In this document: in pieces, positions 1 to 8,412 of the stretch | Position numbering within the stretch: the stretch's first letter is position 1 | Layout: each line of letters begins with the position of its first letter | Virus record (IMG/VR): IMGVR_UViG_3300027972_000007 | Span: 64,001 to 128,000 of that record | Direction: 5' to 3' (one strand) | Length of the DNA: 64,000 bases | DNA from: a virus | Notes under the pieces: generated by a model | What the model saw: only the letters and a program-made list of their open reading frames with translations | Database searches by the model: none | What the model was told of the DNA's origin: nothing | Program-made: the position numbers and the translations under genes

Positions 1-12
1 AGAAAAAGAAGA

Positions 13-357
13 TTGGAGTGGAAACTTATGAAAAATTATTATGTTGTTTTTAAAAGAAAAGGTGAAAAAGAACTTTCTCCAAGTGATTATTATATTATAA
101 ATTCTATAGATGAAAAAACAGCAAGAAAAGAAGCGAGAGAATTACTTAAATTAAACTTTTTCGATAGTAATATACCTAAAATTGCTCGGGTTGATGTTAT
201 TGAAGAAAAAAATTACTGTTTAGAATGCAAACTTTGGAACCCGCATATTGATGATATGAGTCCAGAAAAAATTGCTAAATATAATTTGCCAAGAATTAAA
301 GATAATTGTAGTGCATGGTTATGTAATAATGGAACATGCCCATTTACTATCATATAA
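13..357 (+). CDS. hypothetical phage protein, Cys-rich C-terminus
   Basis: ORF track; CxxC...CxxxxCxxxxCP; ATG at 28 is a possible start. Confidence 0.7.
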   Translation: MEWKLMKNYYVVFKRKGEKELSPSDYYIINSIDEKTARKEARELLKLNFFDSNIPKIARVDVIEEKNYCLECKLWNPHIDDMSPEKIAKYNLPRIKDNCSAWLCNNGTCPFTII

Positions 358-382
358 AAAATAAAGATTAAAGGAACAAAAT

Positions 383-619
383 ATGGAATATAAAGTTATT
401 AATTTAAAAAATAATAATCCGTACTTTCTACCAATACCAAACCAAATAACTGAAGGTGAAATAAATTGGTATAATAAGATTATTCTTGAATTACAAGAAA
501 AGATTGAAGAATTGGAAAAGGTTATTGAGTTGGTTAGCAAAGAATTAGAAGAATCTCTCTGTTACAAAGGTCGTAGCGTAAACGAGATTATCGTTTCTTT
601 GAGACAAAGAATTAAATAG
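383..619 (+). CDS. hypothetical coiled-coil protein
   Basis: ORF with AAGGA RBS. Confidence 0.7.
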   Translation: MEYKVINLKNNNPYFLPIPNQITEGEINWYNKIILELQEKIEELEKVIELVSKELEESLCYKGRSVNEIIVSLRQRIK

Positions 620-648
620 AACAATATTAAATAAAAAGGATATAACTA

Positions 649-813
649 ATGGATAATAATTCTAATGTTAAAAAACTAATCTATGAAATAAGAGACGAAT
701 TCTTTAAAAGATTACTTGCTAAAACTGGTTGGGGAAGAAATGATATTAAAGAAGTATATAACGATTCATTAATTTTTATATTATCAGATAAAGTAGAAGG
801 AGAAGTAAAATGA
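649..813 (+). CDS. small hypothetical protein (54 aa)
   Basis: Not in ORF track; AAGGA RBS, MDNNSNVKK...EGEVK, ATGA overlap with next gene. Confidence 0.65.
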   Translation: MDNNSNVKKLIYEIRDEFFKRLLAKTGWGRNDIKEVYNDSLIFILSDKVEGEVK

Positions 814-848
814 ATTATAGTAAAATGAATTATAGTAAAATGAATTAT
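804..848 (+). repeat. 3 x 15-bp tandem repeat AGTAAAATGAATTAT across a start codon
   Basis: Direct read; encodes MNYSK MNYSK MNY. Confidence 0.95.
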
Positions 849-1295
849 TATGCAGAATTAATTGAAAGTTTTAAAGGTAATAACAAAAATTATTTAAAAG
901 AGATTTCTGATGAGATAGATAATTTTAGTGCCGCACTTGCAGCCTTCACTCATGATAAATTTGGAGTAAAAATATTCTTTATAAAAGATTCTACTAACTA
1001 CATTGAAAAAGGCAATAATAATTTTGCATATTCATTATTTATTAGATCAGGATTAAAACGTATTGTATTATATTTTCATTTTAGTGAAGAAGGATACCCA
1101 ATAACAACCACATTTGATAATAAAAATATAAGTATTAGAAGTATTTCCGAGTTAAAAGACTTTTTCAAGCATTTGATACATTCTTCTTCATTCATGAAGG
1201 CTATTTTAGAATTTGTTGATAGAATTAAATTAGAAAGAGAACATAATAAAAAAGAATCTATAGATTGGGCGGATTTACGCGGATTAGAAAATTAA
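810..1295 (+). CDS. hypothetical protein
   Basis: ORF with AAGGAG RBS. Confidence 0.8.
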   Translation: MNYSKMNYSKMNYYAELIESFKGNNKNYLKEISDEIDNFSAALAAFTHDKFGVKIFFIKDSTNYIEKGNNNFAYSLFIRSGLKRIVLYFHFSEEGYPITTTFDNKNISIRSISELKDFFKHLIHSSSFMKAILEFVDRIKLEREHNKKESIDWADLRGLEN

Positions 1296-1426
1296 ATGGT
1301 TAGTAGAATTCTAATAAAAGGAGTAATGTTACACCAATTCACTCGTTAATCATCGCTATATCGAGTAATAGCGGTATTGGAAAAGGCATTAGCGTGCCAG
1401 TAGCATTATTCCCTTAATATAATGAG

Positions 1427-1617
1427 TGTACATTTTTTGTACAATATCACATGAGGAGGTTTAAAATGAATGATATGAGCTGGCCGGGTGCTTTAGTGAA
1501 TTTAGGTCTTTTATGTGCAATAGTTGTAATAGTTTATATCTGTAAAAAATATAAAAAGGATGATTAAATTGTATGTGTGTACATTTTTTGTATATTATAA
1601 TGTACATTTTTTGTACA
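1427..1617. promoter_or_regulatory. three operator-like TGTACA-N5-TGTACA sites
   Basis: TGTACATTTTTTGTA(C/T)A at 1427, 1578 and 1601. Confidence 0.6.
1466..1567 (+). CDS. 33-aa single-pass membrane peptide
   Basis: GAGGAGG RBS; MNDMSWPGALVNLGLLCAIVVIVYICKKYKKDD. Confidence 0.7.
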   Translation: MNDMSWPGALVNLGLLCAIVVIVYICKKYKKDD

Positions 1618-1799
1618 CTGTTATGATTTAATTTATTATAATATACTTAATCTATTATAATATACAATTATAAATTAAAGGAAGTTTTTTGAACAGATTT
1701 GACCGTTTATAATTTGAATATTGATTATATTAACAAATTTATTTTGATGTTTTATGAGATATTTTATGAATTTGAGCAGATTTGTGTTTATACAGAAGT

Positions 1800-2045
1800 G
1801 TTTGAATGAGAATGAGTTAATGAGGATGATGGCATGAGAATATTGGAGAAAATTTCATGATGGCGCATGATGTTTTGAGAAGTTGCATGAGAATTGCAAG
1901 TTTTTCAGGATGTTTTGAGAATTTGCATGAAGCTTCATGATATAAGTAACAATATCACCCACGTCATCATGAAAAAATTCTCGAAAAAATCTTGCACAAA
2001 ATTGTCTTCATAAAATTCTCATGAAAAAATCTTGCACAAAAATAT
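1800..2045. repeat. phased CATGA / 40-bp repeats in a large imperfect inverted arrangement; candidate origin or terminus
   Basis: CATGA at 1833, 1856, 1866, 1886, 1926, 1936, 1968, 2020; GAAAAAATCTTGCACAAA at 1983 and 2023; G/C skew flips near 1950. Confidence 0.6.
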
Positions 2046-2072
2046 TATTTGTAAATCATTTAATTATTAGAT

Positions 2073-2101
2073 TTGACTTTTCCTGGCAAATAAGTTATTT
2101 T
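2073..2101 (+). promoter_or_regulatory. sigma70-like promoter
   Basis: TTGACT-N17-TATTTT upstream of AAGGAG and ORF 2128. Confidence 0.5.
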
Positions 2102-2127
2102 AATATTAATCAAATATAAGGAGTTTT

Positions 2128-2538
2128 ATGAAATATCTTTTTAATTCAGGTTCTTTCAGCATTAGTGAGCCTTTAGATATTGGTAATTCTAAAGGAGTAT
2201 TAGAAGTTAAATTAAATTGTGGTTGTGGAAGTGTAACAACTTCATATATTTCTATTGGAGATTTCTTAAGGGCTGTAAAAAGTATTGATGATACATTAAG
2301 TCGAGCAGAATCAAATGCAATTTTTTCAACAATTTCACGATGGGGTCCGCCAACGCCTTCTAATCCAATATCTTATAACCCATATAATGTTAAGTGTTCA
2401 AAATATGGTTGCTGTAAGGAAAGTATTAAAAAAATAGATGAGAATAATTGCCCTTGTTGTGGAGAATTAGACGGGTATAAAAGATTAATTGCATTAGGAA
2501 TATTTAATAATTGTCCAAGATGTGGGAGAAAGCTATAA
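2128..2538 (+). CDS. Zn-ribbon-containing hypothetical protein
   Basis: CPCCG...CPRCG motifs; AAGGAG RBS. Confidence 0.75.
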   Translation: MKYLFNSGSFSISEPLDIGNSKGVLEVKLNCGCGSVTTSYISIGDFLRAVKSIDDTLSRAESNAIFSTISRWGPPTPSNPISYNPYNVKCSKYGCCKESIKKIDENNCPCCGELDGYKRLIALGIFNNCPRCGRKL

Positions 2539-2565
2539 ATCTTTAATACAATAGTCCAAATACTG

Positions 2566-2629
2566 CCTACAATTAAGGATAAACGAAAAGTAATACTTTG
2601 ATACGTCGAAAATTATCTTCAATTCTAGG
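2566..2629 (+). repeat. dispersed 64-bp hairpin repeat, copy 1 (core CTTTGA)
   Basis: CCTACAATTAAGGATAA...TTATCTTCAATTCTAGG; similar to copies at 4034, 33585 and 59554. Confidence 0.9.
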
Positions 2630-2662
2630 GTTAAAATAATATATACGTATTAAAGGAGTTTT

Positions 2663-2923
2663 ATGAAATTGATTTGTGGCGATTTTAAATGTGATATATG
2701 TTTCCGTTATACTTCTCATATAGTTCAAATAAGAATTGTGAAAGATTTGTTTTGGCCAGTAATAAGTGTTGTATGTACTGATTGTTTAACTTCTAAAGAG
2801 TTTTTCTATTTGGATGACGATGATGTTTTAAAATTTAATAGAGTGGAAACTACAAAAATTAAAGAGTTATATTTTAATTCATTGCATAGTAGTTCATTAA
2901 GTAAAAAGCTTGGAATAAAATAG
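2663..2923 (+). CDS. CxxC hypothetical protein
   Basis: AAGGAG RBS; CDIC...CTDC. Confidence 0.75.
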   Translation: MKLICGDFKCDICFRYTSHIVQIRIVKDLFWPVISVVCTDCLTSKEFFYLDDDDVLKFNRVETTKIKELYFNSLHSSSLSKKLGIK

Positions 2924-3154
2924 AATTCAATACTTTATTGACTTCATTTAAAGTATTACATTAGTAAATCAATTTAGAGCTGGCTGAAATGGTGTTTTCT
3001 TTAACTACAATAAAATCAATGTGGTTGATTTTTTTATCCCGGGGATAATTTCAAAAATATTGAAAAGTGAATCAATGAGTTATAATTCTTTTAAATACTA
3101 TTAGAAAAGCTATGTTGTAGGATAATAGGAATGATGTTATATTGGGTATAGAAT

Positions 3155-3189
3155 AAAAAACCTTATTAGAGTGATTCTAATAAGGTTTT
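3155..3189 (-). terminator. intrinsic terminator at the strand convergence, possibly bidirectional
   Basis: AAAACCTTATTAGA/TCTAATAAGGTTTT stem with A/T tails. Confidence 0.85.
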
Positions 3190-3209
3190 AAACAGGAGAA
3201 ACGAGAAAA

Positions 3210-3359
3210 TTATTTTATTACTTCTTCGATACGTATTATCCAGCCTGATGGTATTGCAATACTTGATTTTGCTATTTTACCTTTTGCTCCTTTGATTGTT
3301 TTGCAGTCTTTAATCTCTCCCACAACTTTTCCTGTTTCTGTTACTATGTATACTTTCAT
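3210..3359 (-). CDS. small basic protein (49 aa)
   Basis: Not in ORF track; AAACAGGAG RBS; MKVYIVTETGK...IEEVIK. Confidence 0.7.
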   Translation of the reverse strand: MKVYIVTETGKVVGEIKDCKTIKGAKGKIAKSSIAIPSGWIIRIEEVIK

Positions 3360-3409
3360 AATCAACTCCTGTTTAAATTGTTTATGTTTAAGGATTAAAA
3401 ATTTATTCT

Positions 3410-3565
3410 TTATTCATCGCAACGGGTAGCACAGCATTCACAACCAGTCGTATCGCATGCTGGTTGCCACTTTGCTATTCTCGGCCACCAGACAAAACGG
3501 CGCATATACCATAAGCGTATGCGTTGTAAAAAACTTTTTTTCCTTCTCACTATTCTTCTTTTCAT
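3410..3565 (-). CDS. small Arg/Cys-rich protein (51 aa)
   Basis: Not in ORF track; AAACAGGAG RBS; MKRRIVRRKK...CECCATRCDE. Confidence 0.7.
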   Translation of the reverse strand: MKRRIVRRKKSFLQRIRLWYMRRFVWWPRIAKWQPACDTTGCECCATRCDE

Positions 3566-3601
3566 AATCAACTCCTGTTTATTGTTTATTTTCTATTACT
3601 A

Positions 3602-3634
3602 TTATAATATATATTATAACGCAAAATAAGTCAA
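3602..3634 (-). promoter_or_regulatory. phage early promoter family copy
   Basis: TTGACT-N17-TATATT inside palindrome TTATAATATATATTATAA. Confidence 0.85.
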
Positions 3635-3637
3635 GAA

Positions 3638-3892
3638 TTATTTTTTAAAAGGCATGGCCAATTCATCTTTAGAAATTTCTTTATAATTTATATAATATCC
3701 ATCAGAATTATATGACATCCACTGAAAATATCTATTCTGATATGTTATAACTTTTGGCCACTTCCAAGGGTCTTTGTCAGAATCTGAATATTTAAACATA
3801 AGCCATAAACCATTTGTACATAATGATTCTGTATGTACATTGTGAGAAAAAGGTATCATTGCATCTTTAACAACTTTAACTTGATCACACAT
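3638..3892 (-). CDS. hypothetical early protein
   Basis: ORF with AAACAGGAG RBS behind promoter. Confidence 0.8.
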   Translation of the reverse strand: MCDQVKVVKDAMIPFSHNVHTESLCTNGLWLMFKYSDSDKDPWKWPKVITYQNRYFQWMSYNSDGYYINYKEISKDELAMPFKK

Positions 3893-3928
3893 ATTTCTCT
3901 CCTGTTTAATGTTTATTTTCTATTACTA

Positions 3929-3962
3929 TTATAATATATATTATAATAACAATAAAAGTCAA
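3929..3962 (-). promoter_or_regulatory. phage early promoter family copy
   Basis: TTGACT plus 18-bp palindrome. Confidence 0.85.
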
Positions 3963-4033
3963 GAAGTATTTTAACTATTTTTTAATCTATTACTACAAGC
4001 TCGAAATTCCGTATACATATACGTTATTTTCAC

Positions 4034-4097
4034 CCTACAATTAAGGATAATTGGAAAGTAATACTTTGATACATCGAAAATTATCCTCAATTCTAGA
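4034..4097 (+). repeat. dispersed 64-bp hairpin repeat, copy 2 (core CTTTGA)
   Basis: Similar to copy 1; core at the same offset (30). Confidence 0.9.
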
Positions 4098-4111
4098 CTC
4101 TAAATATAGCT

Positions 4112-4145
4112 AAAAAACCCTATTAGAAGAATTCCTAATAGGGTT
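4112..4145 (-). terminator. intrinsic terminator
   Basis: AACCCTATTAG/CTAATAGGGTT stem, T-run on - strand; related to the 3155 terminator. Confidence 0.85.
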
Positions 4146-4178
4146 CTAAACAGGAGAAACGAGAAAAGTATTTTATAT

Positions 4179-4583
4179 CTATATGTCTTTTTGAAAGTGA
4201 ATCAATATCTTTTCCATCAAATTTATCATTCTCTGATGATAGAGAATCAATTTTTTAGTTACTGTTTTGGGTTTGGCATACTTCATATAATTTGATAATG
4301 TTCTATATGGAGTATTATTACATGAATATTTTTTTGTATATTCTTTTATTGGGCAACCTTCACATTCATTCCAAATATCTTTTTCTAGCTCGATTATATT
4401 ATATTTTAAACATAAAGGACAATTCTCCGAGTCGTGCTCGAAAATTTTCTTTCCTTCTACATATAATATATGATAGCCGCGAATGATAGTTATTTTTTTC
4501 CCATACACTTTCACTAATCTTTTATGTGCAGTTTTCCATTTATTTATCGATTTAATTAATAGTTTTTTTGCTATACTATTCAT
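4179..4583 (-). CDS. Cys-cluster hypothetical protein, paralog of 10795-11163
   Basis: Shared CPLC...CxGCPIKEYT...SCxNTPY. Confidence 0.8.
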   Translation of the reverse strand: MNSIAKKLLIKSINKWKTAHKRLVKVYGKKITIIRGYHILYVEGKKIFEHDSENCPLCLKYNIIELEKDIWNECEGCPIKEYTKKYSCNNTPYRTLSNYMKYAKPKTVTKKLILYHQRMINLMEKILIHFQKDI

Positions 4584-4649
4584 ATTTTATTCCTTTGGTT
4601 CAATTCAATTTGAAGAAATAATAAAAACAGTTTTTTCGTTATAACAATT

Positions 4650-4835
4650 TCAAGGTATCTCGGTTACAAAACGTTTTAACTTCCCACATTTATTACATTT
4701 GCAAATAGTAACGGTTTTAGACGTAAACAGCCAACGATATGAGTCAACAGCGGAAACCTTCACATTAACAAGTTTATCGATGGGTGCTGGAAACGTTTCT
4801 TTATCGAGAACAACCCAATCATGTTTGCAAAACAT
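4650..4835 (-). CDS. small Zn-ribbon protein
   Basis: MFCKHDW...CNKCG, a common phage motif. Confidence 0.7.
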   Translation of the reverse strand: MFCKHDWVVLDKETFPAPIDKLVNVKVSAVDSYRWLFTSKTVTICKCNKCGKLKRFVTEIP

Positions 4836-4879
4836 ACTATTTTCCTTTTAATAATTGTTTATCTTTTTTCTGTATAAAA

Positions 4880-4969
4880 AATGAGTGACCCTAGTCATCG
4901 AAAGTAATTCCAGATTCGATTCTTCAGAGTTACTTGGGCAAGATTTTAACCTTTGCAAGAATCACTCAT
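4880..4969. ncRNA. candidate structured intergenic RNA
   Basis: ATGAGTGA/TCACTCAT closing stem with inner stems ATCGAA/TTCGAT and GCAA/TTGC. Confidence 0.4.
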
Positions 4970-5004
4970 AATTTTTTTATCGTTACGGGAGAAACAATAA
5001 AAAT

Positions 5005-5253
5005 CTATTTAAATCTTATAGTAGCATTTTTGAAAAATCCTTCACAAATACATCCTTCAACTTCTTTTCCTGCTTGGGATGTTGCAATAAATCCAGTAGC
5101 ATAAATATCGTCTCTGCCGCATGCAAACCAATCATATCCAGTTATTCTAATATTTGTATAACCTTGATTTGCAAGTATTTTTCTTGCAGATGATTCATTT
5201 GTGCAGCTAATAATGAATACCGATAAAATTACTGTTAAAATAAACTTGATCAT
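5005..5253 (-). CDS. putative phage lipoprotein
   Basis: Signal peptide plus lipobox IISC. Confidence 0.75.
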   Translation of the reverse strand: MIKFILTVILSVFIISCTNESSARKILANQGYTNIRITGYDWFACGRDDIYATGFIATSQAGKEVEGCICEGFFKNATIRFK

Positions 5254-5268
5254 ATTATTTCCTTTCTT

Positions 5269-5433
5269 TTATCTCCACGGCTTGGGTTCAGGTACTTGAA
5301 ATCCATATACTGCCTTTTTCTCGCAATAAGTACTCTTTCTTCCATACTTGCTCATTCCAGAAGGATGAGCAGCTTCTGATTTTTTTCTTGCAGATTTTTC
5401 TGCAGCAAGTTTCAGTCTTGATTTACCCTTCAT
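5269..5433 (-). CDS. small basic protein (54 aa)
   Basis: Not in ORF track; AAGGAG RBS; MKGKSRLKLAAEK...PKPWR. Confidence 0.6.
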   Translation of the reverse strand: MKGKSRLKLAAEKSARKKSEAAHPSGMSKYGRKSTYCEKKAVYGFQVPEPKPWR

Positions 5434-5468
5434 GATTTACTCCTTTTTACGTTTAGAATGTTTATAAT

Positions 5469-6047
5469 TTAATGAAGATTTCTTAACATTTCGTCATATG
5501 CTGCAATACCTTCTTTAAGATAAAAAATATCTTTGCCGGGAAATTCTTTCTGAAATTCTACCCAAATATTTCCTAGAGAAAAAAGATTATACAATCTATC
5601 TTTTGCTGTACATTGATTATTTGTTTGGGCAACCAGAGCTATTTTTATATTAGCATAATGTTCAGCCAACCAGTCCAATAATTTTTTATGTTCTTTATAT
5701 AAATTTTCGTTGAATATATAATAGCTTTTATTTTCTATTGTTTTAATATATTCCATTATCGATTTAACTTCATGTGCAGGCAAAGGAACTGGTATTGTCA
5801 TATTGTTTTTAACTGCGTAACCAATATTATCCCATATACAAACACATGCACCGCGATTAGGAAATTCTTTTTCTATTTGTTGTATATTATAACGTATCTC
5901 AATAAAATTTTTAAGTTGTAATGCTTTTCTTTCTTGTTCGTTTTTCTGTATTCTTTCTTCGACTTTCTTACCTTCTTTTTTCATCAATTTCTTTATCTGA
6001 TTATTGTTCAGCATACATTTCTCCCGTTCTCCTTTATTAATGGACAA
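5469..6047 (-). CDS. hypothetical protein
   Basis: ORF track; start may be 6014. Confidence 0.75.
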   Translation of the reverse strand: MSINKGEREKCMLNNNQIKKLMKKEGKKVEERIQKNEQERKALQLKNFIEIRYNIQQIEKEFPNRGACVCIWDNIGYAVKNNMTIPVPLPAHEVKSIMEYIKTIENKSYYIFNENLYKEHKKLLDWLAEHYANIKIALVAQTNNQCTAKDRLYNLFSLGNIWVEFQKEFPGKDIFYLKEGIAAYDEMLRNLH

Positions 6048-6229
6048 ATTAAATCTTTATTTTTTTGTTTGGCTGCATTATATCCTCTATCATAACCCGC
6101 CATAAATGCTCTTTTACGAACTTCATGTGTTATACCTGCAATTTGTATAGCTATATCATGTGGTATTCCCCATTCAACCATATCTGTTACGAATGCCTTT
6201 TGAAAATCATCCATATTAATTTTTTTCAT
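6008..6229 (-). CDS. hypothetical early protein
   Basis: Directly after promoter. Confidence 0.7.
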   Translation of the reverse strand: MKKINMDDFQKAFVTDMVEWGIPHDIAIQIAGITHEVRKRAFMAGYDRGYNAAKQKNKDLICPLIKENGRNVC

Positions 6230-6236
6230 TTTTCTA

Positions 6237-6270
6237 TTATAATATATATTATAGTAACAATAAAAGTCAA
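6237..6270 (-). promoter_or_regulatory. phage early promoter family copy
   Basis: TTGACT plus palindrome variant. Confidence 0.85.
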
Positions 6271-6288
6271 GAAGTATTTAAAAGTTTA

Positions 6289-6723
6289 TCATTGTGATAC
6301 AGTTAATTCGTTATATAATTTTATTTCTTTTCCATCCCAATATTGTACTGGCAAATTATTTTCTCGTAGATATTTAACCATACGTTTGAAATGATCTGAT
6401 TTGAAATCTTTTACTGCATCATATTCTGAAAAATATTCTGAATTTTTAATTAAATGTTGTCTATAACATTTTTCTTTTCCTAGTGAATCGCCATAGCCAT
6501 TATCTCTACATGCCCATAAAATTGGCTCACCGAAGTGGTTATTAAATTTTTCATAAGTTATAACACAAAACGTTATATTTTTATAAAAATCTTGTTGTAT
6601 CATTACATATTTTGGTGCAGATTCAATATTAAATCTGCCTTTATTTTCACACCGTTGTATACTATCTTTATTTACCGATATTTTGCCACATATTTCACAT
6701 TCATATATAGTTTTTGTTTTCAT
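6289..6723 (-). CDS. hypothetical protein with N-terminal CxxC
   Basis: YECEICG...CE. Confidence 0.8.
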   Translation of the reverse strand: MKTKTIYECEICGKISVNKDSIQRCENKGRFNIESAPKYVMIQQDFYKNITFCVITYEKFNNHFGEPILWACRDNGYGDSLGKEKCYRQHLIKNSEYFSEYDAVKDFKSDHFKRMVKYLRENNLPVQYWDGKEIKLYNELTVSQ

Positions 6724-6728
6724 ATTAT

Positions 6729-7301
6729 TTACCTTTTATATGCACATATTAATTTTTTTACTTCTTCAGGAAATTTATTTATTCTTTCTTTTGTTTTATT
6801 ATATAATATCTGAAAATCTTCTTTATTTAAACATACATTATTATGATCCATCCAATGGCAGAGAAAAGGAAATGGGCAATATTTCCAAGGTTTTAAGAGA
6901 ATTCCTTCGCTGATTATATGATCGATGAAATAATTCATCTTTTCTCGTGCATCAAAATAACCAGAAACTATTGTAAATTTTCCTTCTTGGTTATATCTCC
7001 CACTTATTGGTAATGTATTTCTTTGATGGTTTAAAAATTGCCAATTAAAGTAAATATGTACACTATTTAAGCTAATCTTTGATGTATAATTGAATGTATC
7101 AAATGCTAATAACAGCCCCCTTTCATAATTAAAATAGAAATTGAAACTATCTCGCTTTTGAAATTTATTTATAAATTCTTCTTTATATATCTCATTGAAT
7201 CCTGCTTCTTTGAATGCAGCTATATATTCTTCTAATGACATTTTGAAATTTGTATCCATTTTCATTGTATTACTTGAATTAATAGACATATTATACCTCA
7301 A
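6729..7301 (-). CDS. hypothetical protein
   Basis: ORF track. Confidence 0.75.
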   Translation of the reverse strand: MRYNMSINSSNTMKMDTNFKMSLEEYIAAFKEAGFNEIYKEEFINKFQKRDSFNFYFNYERGLLLAFDTFNYTSKISLNSVHIYFNWQFLNHQRNTLPISGRYNQEGKFTIVSGYFDAREKMNYFIDHIISEGILLKPWKYCPFPFLCHWMDHNNVCLNKEDFQILYNKTKERINKFPEEVKKLICAYKR

Positions 7302-7311
7302 TTAAAAACAT

Positions 7312-7572
7312 TTATATTACCTCGGCATCAAATAAATCAACTTTAAAGGTATCTGATAAAATACATTGGCAATCACTTTTTCCCTCTTCTTGAAGACACC
7401 CTAGAATTATTAAATAATTACGAAAATTATCTATATTTCTTCTTAAATCTTCAACTGGAATAATTACTCTATCCATATCAGTATCTTCGCATATAGAATT
7501 ATTTAATTTTTTAACAATATTGTTATACTCCCTAATTATCTTTTTACGAAATTCATTAAAATTTATTTCCAC
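7312..7572 (-). CDS. hypothetical protein
   Basis: GGAG RBS, GTG start. Confidence 0.7.
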   Translation of the reverse strand: MEINFNEFRKKIIREYNNIVKKLNNSICEDTDMDRVIIPVEDLRRNIDNFRNYLIILGCLQEEGKSDCQCILSDTFKVDLFDAEVI

Positions 7573-7590
7573 TTTGTTTCTCCATTAAAA

Positions 7591-7744
7591 TTATTCAATT
7601 ACTTGAAATATATGTTTATTATCTTCAATACGATTTAAAATTATACTTTCATGGCAAGGGAAGTTTTGCAATGTCGCATACATGGTCAACACGAACCCAA
7701 TCACACCCCAAGTCCACCTTGCCGCAACCTAAATGTAATTTTAT
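7591..7744 (-). pseudogene. decayed class I SAM-methyltransferase fragment
   Basis: Frame reads IKLHLGCGKVDLGCDWVRVDHVCDIAKLP then stops; ATA in place of ATG. Confidence 0.5.
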
Positions 7745-8070
7745 ACTGCCCATTTATTTAACACCTTTGGAATAAATATAATATAAAAAAATACCACCCC
7801 AAATAAAATATATACAGGCCAACATAATATATGGTATGTAAATAATTCACACCGGCAAATCGGATCGCTCTCGATATTCTTAACAACAGCTTTGTGTGAC
7901 AATATTCCACCAATTAATCCTATTAAAACATAAAAAAACATTGTTTTTTCAGATATAACAAGATAATCACAACGTAACCCAATAAAGAATAAAATTACTG
8001 TAAACAATGTAGCAAAACACCACACAAAATACAACCTTAATTTTATATATATTTTATCTATATCGTCCAT
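7741..8070 (-). CDS. membrane protein (about 3 TM)
   Basis: Hydrophobic segments. Confidence 0.7.
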   Translation of the reverse strand: MDDIDKIYIKLRLYFVWCFATLFTVILFFIGLRCDYLVISEKTMFFYVLIGLIGGILSHKAVVKNIESDPICRCELFTYHILCWPVYILFGVVFFYIIFIPKVLNKWAV

Positions 8071-8181
8071 TCTAATATCCTTTCCATTAGACTTATCATT
8101 CTCTGATGGTATTATCAGAAATTTTTCTTATTTTTCTGATATTAATATAAAGATCAGTATTGAATTTTGTATTGAACATAT

Positions 8182-8391
8182 TTAAAATGCTTTTGTTAAT
8201 TCTATATCAAGATAAGGATATTGTCCTCTTTTATCTACGCAATGAGTTATCATACATATTTTTAAATAAGTACCATCTGATAATTGTACCATATCTCCTA
8301 TCATTGGACGACACGAAAAAACATCAGGAAAAGTAGGATGAAATTTCAAATCTAAATTAGTATGACATCTTACTTTTATTTCATTATTCAT
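8182..8391 (-). CDS. hypothetical protein
   Basis: ACAGGAG RBS. Confidence 0.75.
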   Translation of the reverse strand: MNNEIKVRCHTNLDLKFHPTFPDVFSCRPMIGDMVQLSDGTYLKICMITHCVDKRGQYPYLDIELTKAF

Positions 8392-8412
8392 ATTTTATCT
8401 CCTGTTATAATT

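Noticed and set aside
1800-2045. CRISPR array
   Set aside because: Repeats are short and degenerate with no unique spacers, and there are no cas genes.
3110-3155. Fifth copy of the 64-bp hairpin repeat
   Set aside because: Only AGGATAATAG and a few spaced bases match, and the right arm is missing.
4880-4969. Hammerhead ribozyme (CTGAAGA plus stem on - strand)
   Set aside because: The stem is followed by GACT, not the required GAAA.
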